Below, in pieces: positions 1-9,655 of a DNA stretch of 64,000 nt (positions within the stretch are counted from its first letter, which is position 1; the number at the start of each line of letters is the position of its first letter). Under the pieces are notes generated by a model that was not told the origin of the DNA, did no database searches, and saw only the letters and a program-made list of their open reading frames with translations. The position numbers and the translations under genes were made by a program. Location: the NCBI GenBank assembly GCA_044342185.1, contig JBIIQG010000001.1, positions 70,020 to 134,019 of the forward strand, given 5' to 3'. The DNA is from Ilumatobacteraceae bacterium (GTDB lineage Bacteria > Actinomycetota > Acidimicrobiia > Acidimicrobiales > Ilumatobacteraceae).

Positions 1-21
1 AAGTTGAGGTGTAGTTGCGGC

Positions 22-1275
22 TTAGCCGTGACCAGGAATCGACTTCCATGGTCCGCCGTCTGCACGTGGTTCCTTTGGAAGACCGAGAACTTGTTCTCCA
101 ACAATTCCTCGCTGTACCTGACTGGTACCGGCGTAAATGGTTCCGGCACGTGCATTCAAGAACACACCTACCCAGTTAGCCGAATCATTTGGTGATCCTG
201 GTGAATCTGTAGTGAACGCGGTGTGCGGTGTTTGACCAACGGGAACAAGGGCGTCTGCACCAAGAATGTCAACAGCAAGTTCCGTGACTTCCTTGTGATA
301 CTCGGACCACCACAACTTGCCAATTGATGCATCAGCGCCGGGCTGACTGCCATTCATGAATGCGGTGAGCACGCGATAACCGAGGAAACGCATGATCTCA
401 ACTTTTGAATGTGCCTTTGCAAGACGCTGACGAATGAACGGATCGGACGTCAAGCCTTTTTCTTTTGCAAGAGCAGTGAGCTTGTCTAGTTCGCCACGGA
501 ACGAAATGCTGTTTACTGCAGCGCCGGCGCCACGCTCGTTACCAAGAAGTGTCATTGCAACCATCCAGCCGCCATTCACTTCGCCCACAACATTTTCTTT
601 CGGACAACGCGCGTCGGTAAAGAACACTTCGTTGAACTCAGAGTCACCAGACATCATCTTGATGGGACGCACTTCAACACCTGGTTGACGCATGTCGACA
701 AGAAGGAATGTGATTCCGCGGTGCTTCACTTCATCCGGAGCGGTACGTGCAAGAACAAAGATGTGGTTTGCAAGATGACCTGCAGATGTCCAAATCTTTT
801 GACCATTAATGATCCATTCATCGCCGTCCAACACGGCACGACATCCCAAGTTGCCAAGGTCTGATCCGGCTGCAGGTTCGGAGTAGCCCTGACACCAGCG
901 GTCTTCGCCCGACAAAACGCGAGGCAAGAAATGCTTCTTCTGTTCTTCGGTACCAACTGAGATGATGGTGTTACCCAACATGCCAATTCCGAATGAATCA
1001 TTTGGTCCGCCACCTGGCACGCCAGCTTTTGCGAATTCTTCTGCAACAACCAACTGTTCGATGTGTCCGAGACCAGCACCGCCGTACGCCTTCGGCCATG
1101 TGACTGCAAGGAGATCGTTGTCGCGCAATTTATTGCGCCACTCTTCTGTGAACTCTGCAGCATCGGCATGATTCATTGCGCCAATGCCCTTCCAGTTCTT
1201 GGGAAGGTTTGCGTCGAGAAATGAGCGAACTTTCGCGCGGTATGAGTCAGCCTCGGGTGGGTAAACAAAATCCAT
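22..1275 (-). CDS. acyl-CoA dehydrogenase family protein
   Basis: 417-aa ORF. WPKAYGGAGL near the N-terminus and C-terminal IYAGTSQVQRGIVGEQVLGLP are typical of the ACAD fold. Confidence 0.85.
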   Translation of the reverse strand: MDFVYPPEADSYRAKVRSFLDANLPKNWKGIGAMNHADAAEFTEEWRNKLRDNDLLAVTWPKAYGGAGLGHIEQLVVAEEFAKAGVPGGGPNDSFGIGMLGNTIISVGTEEQKKHFLPRVLSGEDRWCQGYSEPAAGSDLGNLGCRAVLDGDEWIINGQKIWTSAGHLANHIFVLARTAPDEVKHRGITFLLVDMRQPGVEVRPIKMMSGDSEFNEVFFTDARCPKENVVGEVNGGWMVAMTLLGNERGAGAAVNSISFRGELDKLTALAKEKGLTSDPFIRQRLAKAHSKVEIMRFLGYRVLTAFMNGSQPGADASIGKLWWSEYHKEVTELAVDILGADALVPVGQTPHTAFTTDSPGSPNDSANWVGVFLNARAGTIYAGTSQVQRGIVGEQVLGLPKEPRADGGPWKSIPGHG

Positions 1276-1363
1276 TCCGTCACCCTATGTGATGGCCCCT
1301 AGAGGCCTTCCAACCGAATGGGGTACCGGTGGGAACTGTCCAGAATCTGCCTAGGCTGGAAAG

Positions 1364-1864
1364 GTGACCAAACTGCTCAACTTTCCATCCGAGGTGAACG
1401 ACACCTCCGCCCGCATTGTTGCCTCGGGAGCAGTTCTTATGGCCGCGGGTTACGCCGTCACTGGTTGGGCGTGGCTTCTCATACCTCTTACATATGGCTT
1501 TGTTGCCCGCGTTGTATCGGGGCCCACATTTAGCCCTCTAGCCCGGCTGGCCACACAAGTCATCACCCCTCGCATTGCGGGAACTCACCGAATTGTTCCA
1601 GGACCCCCAAAGCGATTCGCTCAAGGAATCGGCGCATTGTTCAGCGTGGCAGCGTCCGTGCTGTTCCTGCTCGATCTCACCACTGCATCGCGTTGGGTTA
1701 CAGCAGCATTGTCGGGCCCAGCATTTCTTGAAGCAGCTTTTGGCTTCTGTGTCGGCTGCAAGATGTTCGCTGGTCTCATGAGAATTGGTGTCATTCCCGA
1801 AAGCGTGTGCCTTGAGTGCAGCGACATCTCTTCGCGACTGCGCGCACAGGGAGTACAACAGTAA
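1364..1864 (+). CDS. DUF4395-like membrane protein
   Basis: 166 aa, GTG start preceded by GGAAAG. Four hydrophobic helices and a C-terminal FGFCVGC...CLEC pattern, as in DUF4395 proteins. Confidence 0.65.
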   Translation: MTKLLNFPSEVNDTSARIVASGAVLMAAGYAVTGWAWLLIPLTYGFVARVVSGPTFSPLARLATQVITPRIAGTHRIVPGPPKRFAQGIGALFSVAASVLFLLDLTTASRWVTAALSGPAFLEAAFGFCVGCKMFAGLMRIGVIPESVCLECSDISSRLRAQGVQQ

Positions 1865-1913
1865 GGAACATCTGTCCCGCTGTTCAGTTTTGCAACAGCA
1901 GTACGGTACGGGT

Positions 1914-4211
1914 GTGGAGCACGCCCGCGGACTTTCGTTAGTCCAAGTTGAAGAACGAACTGCTCTTGGCCATACAAACTACGTCAAACAATTGTCGTCT
2001 CGTAGTGTGCGAGAAATCCTCCAATCGAATGTATTCACGAGATTCAATGCAATTCTCGGACTTTTGCTCGCAGTTGTTCTTCTTGCTGGGTCACCCATCG
2101 ATGGGCTCTTTGGTTTCGTTCTCGTCGCTAACTCAACAATCGGTGTAGTCCAAGAATGGAGTGCCAAGCGAAAACTAGACAGGCTCGCATTCCTACACGC
2201 CCCTCTATCTCGTGTCATTCGAGACAATCACGAGATCGATATCCACTCAGAAGAGATTGTCTTAGATGATTGGGTTGTTCTTCGCGCGGGCGACCAAGTG
2301 CCCGCTGATGGAACAATACGAACGAGCGACAGCCTTGAAGTTAACGAAGCGAACTTGACCGGGGAAATTGAGCCGGTTGTCAAAAACTCTGGCGACATTG
2401 TGATGTCTGGAACAATTGTCACGGCGGGGTCTGGTGTATTCATCACCACTTCCGTTGGTCATGACGCATACGCACATCGACTTGCAGCAGAAGCAAAGGT
2501 ATTTGTTCGTGCTCCATCAGAGATTCAGCACAGCATCAACACCATTCTTCGGTGGGTCACCTGGGTTCTACTTGTCGCAACACCACTTCAGGTGTGGTCA
2601 CATTTTCGAACAGATGTCAGTGACGGATGGGAAGATCATGCAGTTCGCACCGTTGCTGGATTAGTCGGCCTTGTTCCTGAAGGACTTGTATTGCTCGCCA
2701 CATTGGCTTTTCTTAGCGCAGCGGTTTCGTTGGCGCGCCAACACGTATTAGTGCAAGAACTGCCGGCGGTAGAAGTCCTTGCACGGGTTGACGTTATTTG
2801 TCTAGACAAAACAGGGACCATCACGTCGGGCGACGTTGTCTTTGAGACATGCGAATTTCTGGTGGAATCTCAACAACAAGAGATCGAGTCCGCTATCTCT
2901 TCACTTGCCCACGACTCCGCAGCCAACAACACTCTGTTGGCGGTTTCATCTGCTTTCTCCACATCTGATTGGAATGAAGAAGTACACATTCCCTTTGATT
3001 CATCGCGTAAGTGGAAAGCATCTACGTATCAGCATCATGGCTCGTGGTATCTCGGTGCGCCCGAAATGCTTCTGCCCGCGAGTAGTCCGTTGCTAGCACG
3101 AGTCAATCAACTCGCTGAAACGGGTCGTCGTGTGATGTTGATATCGCAGTCACTCACAACTCCTGCAACAACGCAACTCCCACCGGACCTCACCCCCATG
3201 GCTTTCATCGTGCTGCGGGAAGAAATTCGTGACGATGCCGCAGAGACATTGAACTTTTTCAAAGAGCAAGGCGTGCAAGTGATGGTTCTCTCCGGAGATA
3301 ACCCTCACACGGTGGCGGCTATTGCAGAAACGGTCGGGCTACACAGCGATACACCCGTCGATGCGCGAACACTGGGAACAACACCCGAAGAACTCGCCGT
3401 TGCATTATCAGGGAACACCATTTTTGGTCGAGTGTCACCTGAGCAAAAGCGAAACATCGTTCATGCGCTTCAGAACAGTGGGCATGTCGTTGCAATGACA
3501 GGTGATGGCGTCAACGATGCACTTGCATTGAAGCGTGCGGATATTGGCATTGCTATGAATAACGGAGCACCTGCAACCAAAGCCGTGGCACAGTTAGTCC
3601 TTCTCGACGGGAAGTTCTCACATCTTCCACATGTCATCGCAGAAGGTCGACGAGTCATTGGCAATGTGGAGCGAGTTGCAAACCTTTTCTTAGCCAAGAA
3701 CGCAATGAGTCTTGTGGCCATTGTTCTGGCTGCCATCGCGGGAATTTCTTTCCCCATTCTTCCGCGACACATGACTCTTCTCTCCACCCTCACCATTGGC
3801 GTTCCTGCTTTCGTCTTGGCACTCGGACCCAACACCAAGCGCTATCAGCCTGGTTTCTTGAAACGCATTATTCGCTTTGCGTGGCCAGCTGGTGCAATCA
3901 GTGGCATCGCCGTTGTCATTGCAGACACATGGACCTCGGACCAAACAGGAACAGCAGCCACAGCAACTGCGTTGTTGTGCTTTTTCAGCATCTTGATACT
4001 GATGGCTCAGCCACTTCGCGGGTGGAAACTCCTTCTTATTGCCGCCATGGCGACATGCGCAATCACTGCACTTGCTGTTCCTGGACCACGAAACTTTTTT
4101 GATCTCTCTGTCACCACAGAAACAGTCTGGAAATCACTGATGACTTCCCTACCCGCATGTGTCGTTCTCTTCGTACTTCATCAACGCCATGTTCACGGCC
4201 GCAAGTACTAG
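1914..4211 (+). CDS. cation-translocating P-type ATPase (HAD-IC, P2-like)
   Basis: DKTGTIT phosphorylation motif, PEGL in TM4, MTGDGVNDALALKRADIGIAM hinge. The track ORF starts at 1785 but overlaps the upstream gene. In-frame GTG at 1914 gives VEHARGLSLVQVEER, a typical N-terminus. Confidence 0.9.
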   Translation: MEHARGLSLVQVEERTALGHTNYVKQLSSRSVREILQSNVFTRFNAILGLLLAVVLLAGSPIDGLFGFVLVANSTIGVVQEWSAKRKLDRLAFLHAPLSRVIRDNHEIDIHSEEIVLDDWVVLRAGDQVPADGTIRTSDSLEVNEANLTGEIEPVVKNSGDIVMSGTIVTAGSGVFITTSVGHDAYAHRLAAEAKVFVRAPSEIQHSINTILRWVTWVLLVATPLQVWSHFRTDVSDGWEDHAVRTVAGLVGLVPEGLVLLATLAFLSAAVSLARQHVLVQELPAVEVLARVDVICLDKTGTITSGDVVFETCEFLVESQQQEIESAISSLAHDSAANNTLLAVSSAFSTSDWNEEVHIPFDSSRKWKASTYQHHGSWYLGAPEMLLPASSPLLARVNQLAETGRRVMLISQSLTTPATTQLPPDLTPMAFIVLREEIRDDAAETLNFFKEQGVQVMVLSGDNPHTVAAIAETVGLHSDTPVDARTLGTTPEELAVALSGNTIFGRVSPEQKRNIVHALQNSGHVVAMTGDGVNDALALKRADIGIAMNNGAPATKAVAQLVLLDGKFSHLPHVIAEGRRVIGNVERVANLFLAKNAMSLVAIVLAAIAGISFPILPRHMTLLSTLTIGVPAFVLALGPNTKRYQPGFLKRIIRFAWPAGAISGIAVVIADTWTSDQTGTAATATALLCFFSILILMAQPLRGWKLLLIAAMATCAITALAVPGPRNFFDLSVTTETVWKSLMTSLPACVVLFVLHQRHVHGRKY

Positions 4212-5399
4212 CTAGCGCGCGACGTTGTCGCGTGCGTGAGCAAATACACGCAAGAAGTTTTCGGAGTTGAACTTGTCGACAGATTCTCGCGAGACATTCT
4301 GCATGCATGACTCAAAACGTGCGATGGGATCACGTCCGCCTTCGGTATGCGGGTAATCACTGGAGAACAAATACAAATCGTCATTCGATTGCTCGATAAG
4401 ACGTGAGACGTCTTCAAACACGAATGGAGTAAACGCCATCTGTTCGCGAATCTGTTCCGAAGGACGGCGAGAGAAGCTCTTCAAGCGGTCGTCCACTTTT
4501 GAATACGCCTTATGAATTTGATCGAGACGCACAAGTACTTCTGGTACCCAACCAGCACCAAGTTCTACCGACGCAAGTTTCAGATTGGGGAACTCTTCAA
4601 GAACACCATCCAAAACGAACATGCTGACGAATGTTTCAATTCCTTGATGGAGAACTGCTGCGTCGCGTGCACGAACGTTTTCTCCGCCACCCATCCAGTC
4701 ACGCGTGACTCCGCGACCGGTATTGCTCCACCCTGGAGGAAGTTGCAGTGGGTTTCCACCAACATGGAACACAACAGGAATTTGTGCTTCTTGTAGCAAT
4801 GCCCAGATGGGGTTGTAGTCAACGTGAGTGGGTGAACGGTCGCCCGCCAAACGATGTGGAATCCACATTGCCTGAAGTCCGCCTTCAAGAGCGAACTTCA
4901 CTTCTTCTAACGCAAGTTCTGGATTCTCTAACGGAATCGCTGCAACACCCATGAGACGATCATCAACAGAGCAAAAATCAATCATGTGTCGGTTGTGGGC
5001 ACGTGCACCGCCGTAGCGCAAATTGTCGGGGATCTTGTTGCTGGGAGAAAAAGGCATGTGAAGGCTGTGCGTTGCGAACACCAATTGCTTCATAAAGCCG
5101 AGCATGTCGTTGGCAATCACACGATCGTGCTTGTCGAATGAACCAAGGGCCTGAATCTCTTTTACCTCGGTAATCATTCGATCTCCGAGCGCAATGAGTG
5201 ACTCCTTGTGCTCGTCAGAGTGCTGAGCACCGTTCGACATAATCACTTCGACTTCTTCGTCGGTGACGATAGAGCGGCCATAACTCACTAAGGGGAGAAG
5301 GTCACGAATATCTGGGTCGGCAAACTTCCGCAAGAAGTCTGGCAATTCCATAATGTGCGTGTCTGCGTCGTACAGAATGCGGTCGCCTGCGTACGTCAT
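4212..5399 (-). CDS. amidohydrolase family protein (amidohydrolase_2 / ACMSD-like)
   Basis: 395 aa. N-terminal YDADTHIMELP metal-ligand segment, plus internal HVGG and a C-terminal SDYPHTEG motif. Confidence 0.75.
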   Translation of the reverse strand: MTYAGDRILYDADTHIMELPDFLRKFADPDIRDLLPLVSYGRSIVTDEEVEVIMSNGAQHSDEHKESLIALGDRMITEVKEIQALGSFDKHDRVIANDMLGFMKQLVFATHSLHMPFSPSNKIPDNLRYGGARAHNRHMIDFCSVDDRLMGVAAIPLENPELALEEVKFALEGGLQAMWIPHRLAGDRSPTHVDYNPIWALLQEAQIPVVFHVGGNPLQLPPGWSNTGRGVTRDWMGGGENVRARDAAVLHQGIETFVSMFVLDGVLEEFPNLKLASVELGAGWVPEVLVRLDQIHKAYSKVDDRLKSFSRRPSEQIREQMAFTPFVFEDVSRLIEQSNDDLYLFSSDYPHTEGGRDPIARFESCMQNVSRESVDKFNSENFLRVFAHARDNVAR

Positions 5400-5507
5400 G
5401 TTGATTCCCCCTTGGATGTACGGAAAACCGTACCAGCCGTGTCAAGAGGTACGAACTTGTCATCTCCCCGTAGGGCTGTGTTCACCACCGTGGGGCAAAC
5501 TAGAGGC

Positions 5508-6332
5508 ATGCGCATTCTGGTTACCAATGACGACGGCATCGATTCAGTAGGGCTTCATGTACTTGCGCGAGCAATGCAACCTTTCGGGGACGTGGTTATC
5601 GCCGCCCCCGACCAGGAGTACTCAGGCGCTGGCGCAGCCATCGGTGCCCTGCACATCATTCAGCCAGAAGTCCACAAGCGCTATGTAGAAGGCATCGACA
5701 CAGCGTGGGCAGTCAGCGGTCCGCCAGCGTTATGCGTGTTCTTTGCTCGACTCGGTTTGTATGGCGACCCATTCGATCTTGTTGTGTCCGGCATTAATCC
5801 GGGTGCAAACGTTGGGCGCTCGGTGTATCACTCGGGAACAGTTGGTGCTGCCATCACTGCACGCAACGGAGGCATCTCGGGAATCGCAGTTAGCCAAGCT
5901 GTCACTGGTTTCGGAATTGAAGGTCAGGGATGGGACGACGCGGTGAAAGGACAGAAGTGGCACTCCGCTGCAGATGTTGCTGCGAGTGTGGTGCAGGGCT
6001 ACTTGGCGAATACACCACCTGAACCAGTTGTCATCAATGTGAATGTGCCAAATCTTGAAGTGAGCGACATGAAGGGTTGGCGACGCACAACTGTTGGCAC
6101 CATTGTCCCCCGCGCAATGGTGAACGCAAATATGGAACCCAAAGAGGGTTACGAAGACTCGTACTACGTTCGAATGGAATACGGCGACACCAACAAGATG
6201 GACGACCACACCGATGGTGGCGCAGTAGAGAATGGTGAAGTGTCCATTACCTACCTTGGCCGTCTCGACGATGTGCCACATCACGGCACCGATGAAATTC
6301 ACAACGCTCTCAGCGGCCTTGTGAATAACTGA
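5508..6332 (+). CDS. surE: 5'/3'-nucleotidase SurE
   Basis: MRILVTNDDGIDSVGL signature at internal ATG 5508. The upstream part of the track ORF (5355-5507) overlaps the divergent gene. Confidence 0.85.
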   Translation: MRILVTNDDGIDSVGLHVLARAMQPFGDVVIAAPDQEYSGAGAAIGALHIIQPEVHKRYVEGIDTAWAVSGPPALCVFFARLGLYGDPFDLVVSGINPGANVGRSVYHSGTVGAAITARNGGISGIAVSQAVTGFGIEGQGWDDAVKGQKWHSAADVAASVVQGYLANTPPEPVVINVNVPNLEVSDMKGWRRTTVGTIVPRAMVNANMEPKEGYEDSYYVRMEYGDTNKMDDHTDGGAVENGEVSITYLGRLDDVPHHGTDEIHNALSGLVNN

Positions 6333-6382
6333 ATATCGTCCACTCATTTCCCTTCTTCTCTCGCATCACTAAGGTCGTTCTT

Positions 6383-7252
6383 ATGACCGACTGGCAAGAC
6401 CTCACTCGACGATCATCTTTTGCATCGCATCGACTCATTGGTTGGATTTTTTGGGATTCCACTGCACAAGACAATTTGGAAGCGCTCGGTGTGCCCGGAG
6501 GTATGGGCCACTACATCGTGAATCGTGGAGCCCCACTATGCCCTGCTGGTCCAGAAGCATTGTTTGCCGCGTACTACACCATCCACCGAGAGTTTGTTCA
6601 CTTCGCGTGGAACCACACTGCCCAACACATCAGTGATTGGTGTGCAGTATCTACCGCACGCGATGCCGCAGTACTCAGCGGTCTTCAGAGAATGACACCT
6701 GAAATCATTGAGCCATTGGGAGAACTTGCGGCACCACTGTGGGACGTTGTTGATGCACTTCCCGCTTCAGGTCGTGTGTTGTTTGCTGCGCACAAGTCGT
6801 GGCCGCGTCCTGAGCACGCTGCCCTCAGTGCGTGGAATGCGTTGAACACCATTCGTGAGTGGCGTGGTGACACACACTTTGGAATTCTTGTTTCTGAAGA
6901 CATCGGACTTGTAGAAGCCGGACTTCTCCACGACGCATGGATGGGATACCCCAAAGAATGGATTCCACGTAGTCGTGGTGCCGACGATGTATCAATAAAC
7001 GCAGCCCTCCGCACATTAGAACAACGAGGGTTTGTTACTGATGGAGAAGTGAACGATGCAGGCGTTGCATACCGTCAACAACTCGAGGAGAAGACAGACG
7101 CACTGCATGAAATTGCATGGCGATTACTTGGCGAAGAGAAAACGATGCAGTTTCTCTCACTCGTTGAACCCGTTGGTGAACGTTACGTTGAAGAGATCAA
7201 CACCACAGCGGGAGACAATTGGATGCCCGCAGCTCGTCCTCGCCGTCGGTAA
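6383..7252 (+). CDS. conserved hypothetical protein (possibly SCO6745-like, with C-terminal wHTH-like segment)
   Basis: 289-aa ORF with protein-like composition. The family name is from memory only. No catalytic motif recognised. Confidence 0.45.
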   Translation: MTDWQDLTRRSSFASHRLIGWIFWDSTAQDNLEALGVPGGMGHYIVNRGAPLCPAGPEALFAAYYTIHREFVHFAWNHTAQHISDWCAVSTARDAAVLSGLQRMTPEIIEPLGELAAPLWDVVDALPASGRVLFAAHKSWPRPEHAALSAWNALNTIREWRGDTHFGILVSEDIGLVEAGLLHDAWMGYPKEWIPRSRGADDVSINAALRTLEQRGFVTDGEVNDAGVAYRQQLEEKTDALHEIAWRLLGEEKTMQFLSLVEPVGERYVEEINTTAGDNWMPAARPRRR

Positions 7253-7960
7253 TTACGCTCGGCGCGGGAGCCCTATGCGAACTGACACACCAGGCGAGAA
7301 CATGACATGTGCGTCACCAGTGGGTTGCGAGAGTCCAGCCGCGGTGACTAACGAATCATCCAGATGTTGAAGTGTGGCTGAATACAACGGCCAGGTTTCA
7401 TGATCTACTGGCGCATACCGAAGCGATGTGCGAAATCCGCGCGAGTACAGGCCCCATCTGGCCGACAAGAAAACCGAAAGTTCATCGGGTTCGGCAATTC
7501 GTTCACCAGTGTGGATAGAGATTGATGTGTCAGCCCGACGTGGCCAACGTCGTTTCACTTGCGTGGTGAGGAGATTGCCCACACGTTGATGACGAGCGTT
7601 CCCCCAGCAATACGGCAGAAAGTATGTGGTCCTCGCTACAAGCGCTGGCAAGAAACGATTCACATCTAACGAAAAGAACCACACACCAGGAACACCATTT
7701 CGGCGTACGTACGTGCGCACGTTGACTTCGGGAAATGACCCGAAGTACGGAACCGCCGGAAGCCGCGGAAGCCCAATGTTTTTCATGGAGAACGGGATAA
7801 GCCCCACCCATGCCGAGCCATCAAACGTGTCGACTTCAAGTCCAGGTGGAAGCAGAGCTTGTACTTCGTCAACAGGGTAACGCCAGTGCACATACGCCAA
7901 GTCGCGCCACTGCTGCACCATCACTGCTCGTTTCACGGGCTCGGGGCAGTAATCCATCAC
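7253..7960 (-). CDS. DUF2071 (YqjF-like) domain protein
   Basis: WRDLAYVHWRYP...GLIPFSM...FPEVNVRTYV pattern is characteristic of DUF2071. Confidence 0.7.
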   Translation of the reverse strand: MMDYCPEPVKRAVMVQQWRDLAYVHWRYPVDEVQALLPPGLEVDTFDGSAWVGLIPFSMKNIGLPRLPAVPYFGSFPEVNVRTYVRRNGVPGVWFFSLDVNRFLPALVARTTYFLPYCWGNARHQRVGNLLTTQVKRRWPRRADTSISIHTGERIAEPDELSVFLSARWGLYSRGFRTSLRYAPVDHETWPLYSATLQHLDDSLVTAAGLSQPTGDAHVMFSPGVSVRIGLPRRA

Positions 7961-8027
7961 ACGTCACACACTACGCACCCCATTTTCGGTAGCAACCTGT
8001 TGTGACACAGATACCGTCAGCACGGCA

Positions 8028-9107
8028 ATGCGTCGATTCCTCCCCTCTCTACTCGCGGTAGCGATAGTGGCCACTTTGAGTGTGTTTCAAAGGGAACTTC
8101 TTCTCGACATCTTCCAGAGGCTTCAAGGCATTCATCCATTGGAGATCGTCCCCCTTGCTCTCGCTGGAATGGGAATGATCGTCACACGTGGTTTCTTTTT
8201 GCGATCTTGCTCTCCCGGAATATCTCTACGGCAATCAATCACTGCTGATCAATCCGCACTCGCTGCTGGTTATGGAATTGCATTAGGAGGTGGTGCAGTA
8301 GGAACCGGACTACGCATACACATGTTCACGCGCTGGAACATGCCATCTCAGGTGATTGCTGCATCAATTGTTGCAACTGCAGTGGTTCCATCGTTTACCA
8401 CCTGGGGACTTCCCATTTTTGTGTTGGCTCCCAAAGCCGTCACAACTTCATTAGACAATGTTCAGTTACTTGCAGTTGGCTTCGGAATCTTCATCATCGC
8501 AATCTCCATTGTGTTCTGGTGGTTTGCACTCATGCGCCCATCTCTCTTCACAGTGGTCGGCCGAATTGGGCTTCGACTTCAGCGTCTTTTTCTTCGTCGT
8601 GTTCCTGTGCGTTTCTGGAGATCTCGAAAAGTAGTGGAGAAAGCACAACCCGATTACTTCACCAACGAACTCCGCCTCAGTTTGCGCACATTGCTACGAA
8701 CACGAGGGCATCTCATCCTTCTGAGTTCTATGTCCACACTCTTGGCCGGATTCACCTGTCTTGCAGTGTCTGCACATGTATTTGGTGCACAAGGGCTCAC
8801 CATCTACGAAGCACTCATTGCCTTCTCGTTAGTGCGTGTGCTCATTGCGCTTTCCCCCATACCTGGTGCTGCCGGAATCGCAGAACTTGGCCTCATCGCA
8901 CTACTTGAAAGAGCTGGAGTGTCCCTGCTTGATGCAACAGGAACAACACTTTTGTACCGATTCCTCACATGGTTTGTTCCCATTGTTGTCGGCACCAGCT
9001 TGTGGTGGCGATACTCTCACAAACGTCAGGAGACTTCACATGGCCCGGTACATAACAACAATCAACAGCTCGAAGACACCAGAGGAAGCATTCCGCTACA
9101 TGGCTGA
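8028..9107 (+). CDS. flippase-like / UPF0104 (LPG-synthase TM-region-like) membrane protein
   Basis: 359 aa, about 8 predicted TM helices, GAAGIAELGLIALL segment near the C-terminus. Confidence 0.55.
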   Translation: MRRFLPSLLAVAIVATLSVFQRELLLDIFQRLQGIHPLEIVPLALAGMGMIVTRGFFLRSCSPGISLRQSITADQSALAAGYGIALGGGAVGTGLRIHMFTRWNMPSQVIAASIVATAVVPSFTTWGLPIFVLAPKAVTTSLDNVQLLAVGFGIFIIAISIVFWWFALMRPSLFTVVGRIGLRLQRLFLRRVPVRFWRSRKVVEKAQPDYFTNELRLSLRTLLRTRGHLILLSSMSTLLAGFTCLAVSAHVFGAQGLTIYEALIAFSLVRVLIALSPIPGAAGIAELGLIALLERAGVSLLDATGTTLLYRFLTWFVPIVVGTSLWWRYSHKRQETSHGPVHNNNQQLEDTRGSIPLHG

Positions 9108-9471
9108 TCTGCGCAATTTTGCGCAGTGGGATCGAAACATCATCAAGGTGGAACAAATCAACGGTGATGGTCCCGGGTTAAACACAGTGTTCGACATCAC
9201 GGTTCGAGGCATGGGCGGCAAACCTTCAGTTCTTCGCTACACCACCGTGGAGTTCAACGAATTCACCAATGTGTTAGTGAAAGGTCGCAACACAATTTTC
9301 ACATCGGTTGACCGAGTCACCGTCACACCAACAGCTACGGGATGCGATGTCACCTACGACGCAATTCTCACAGCAAATTGGATTGTTGCTCCGATGAACT
9401 TGGTACTAGGCGCAGTCTTCAAGAAAGTTGGAGACTCAGCAACAAAGGGTTTGCGCAAAGTTCTGGCATAG
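9040..9471 (+). CDS. SRPBCC family protein (polyketide cyclase/dehydrase-like)
   Basis: ATG 9040 preceded by AGGAGA (9028-9033). N-terminus MARYITTINSSKTPEEAFRYMADLRNFAQWD is typical of SRPBCC. The 5' part of the track ORF (8836-9039) overlaps the previous gene. Confidence 0.7.
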   Translation: MARYITTINSSKTPEEAFRYMADLRNFAQWDRNIIKVEQINGDGPGLNTVFDITVRGMGGKPSVLRYTTVEFNEFTNVLVKGRNTIFTSVDRVTVTPTATGCDVTYDAILTANWIVAPMNLVLGAVFKKVGDSATKGLRKVLA

Positions 9472-9473
9472 AA

Positions 9474-9641
9474 CTACGGACAACCAAGTCCGTTCAATGT
9501 TGCGCATTCTCTGCACAGCCATGCCTTTCCTTCCGGAGTGCTCCACGCGGTGGCAAGGTGCGAGCCACATGACATGCAGTCATGTTTTTCACGCACCTCA
9601 GGTCGAACCTGAAACCGTGGCTGTTCTTCATCAGTAGACAT
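9474..9641 (-). CDS. small zinc-ribbon protein (55 aa, not in ORF track)
   Basis: Hand translation gives MSTDEEQPRFQVRPEVREKHDCMSCGSHLATAWSTPEGKAWLCRECATLNGLGCP. CxxC-x17-CxxC pattern. Starts 14 nt after the monooxygenase stop on the same strand. In-frame TGA two codons upstream of the ATG. Confidence 0.4.
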   Translation of the reverse strand: MSTDEEQPRFQVRPEVREKHDCMSCGSHLATAWSTPEGKAWLCRECATLNGLGCP

Positions 9642-9655
9642 CACACGTCATCTTG

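Noticed and set aside
1785-1913. N-terminal extension of the P-type ATPase ORF
   Set aside because: It overlaps the 3' end of the DUF4395 gene and has implausible sequence. A GTG at 1914 gives a canonical ATPase N-terminus.
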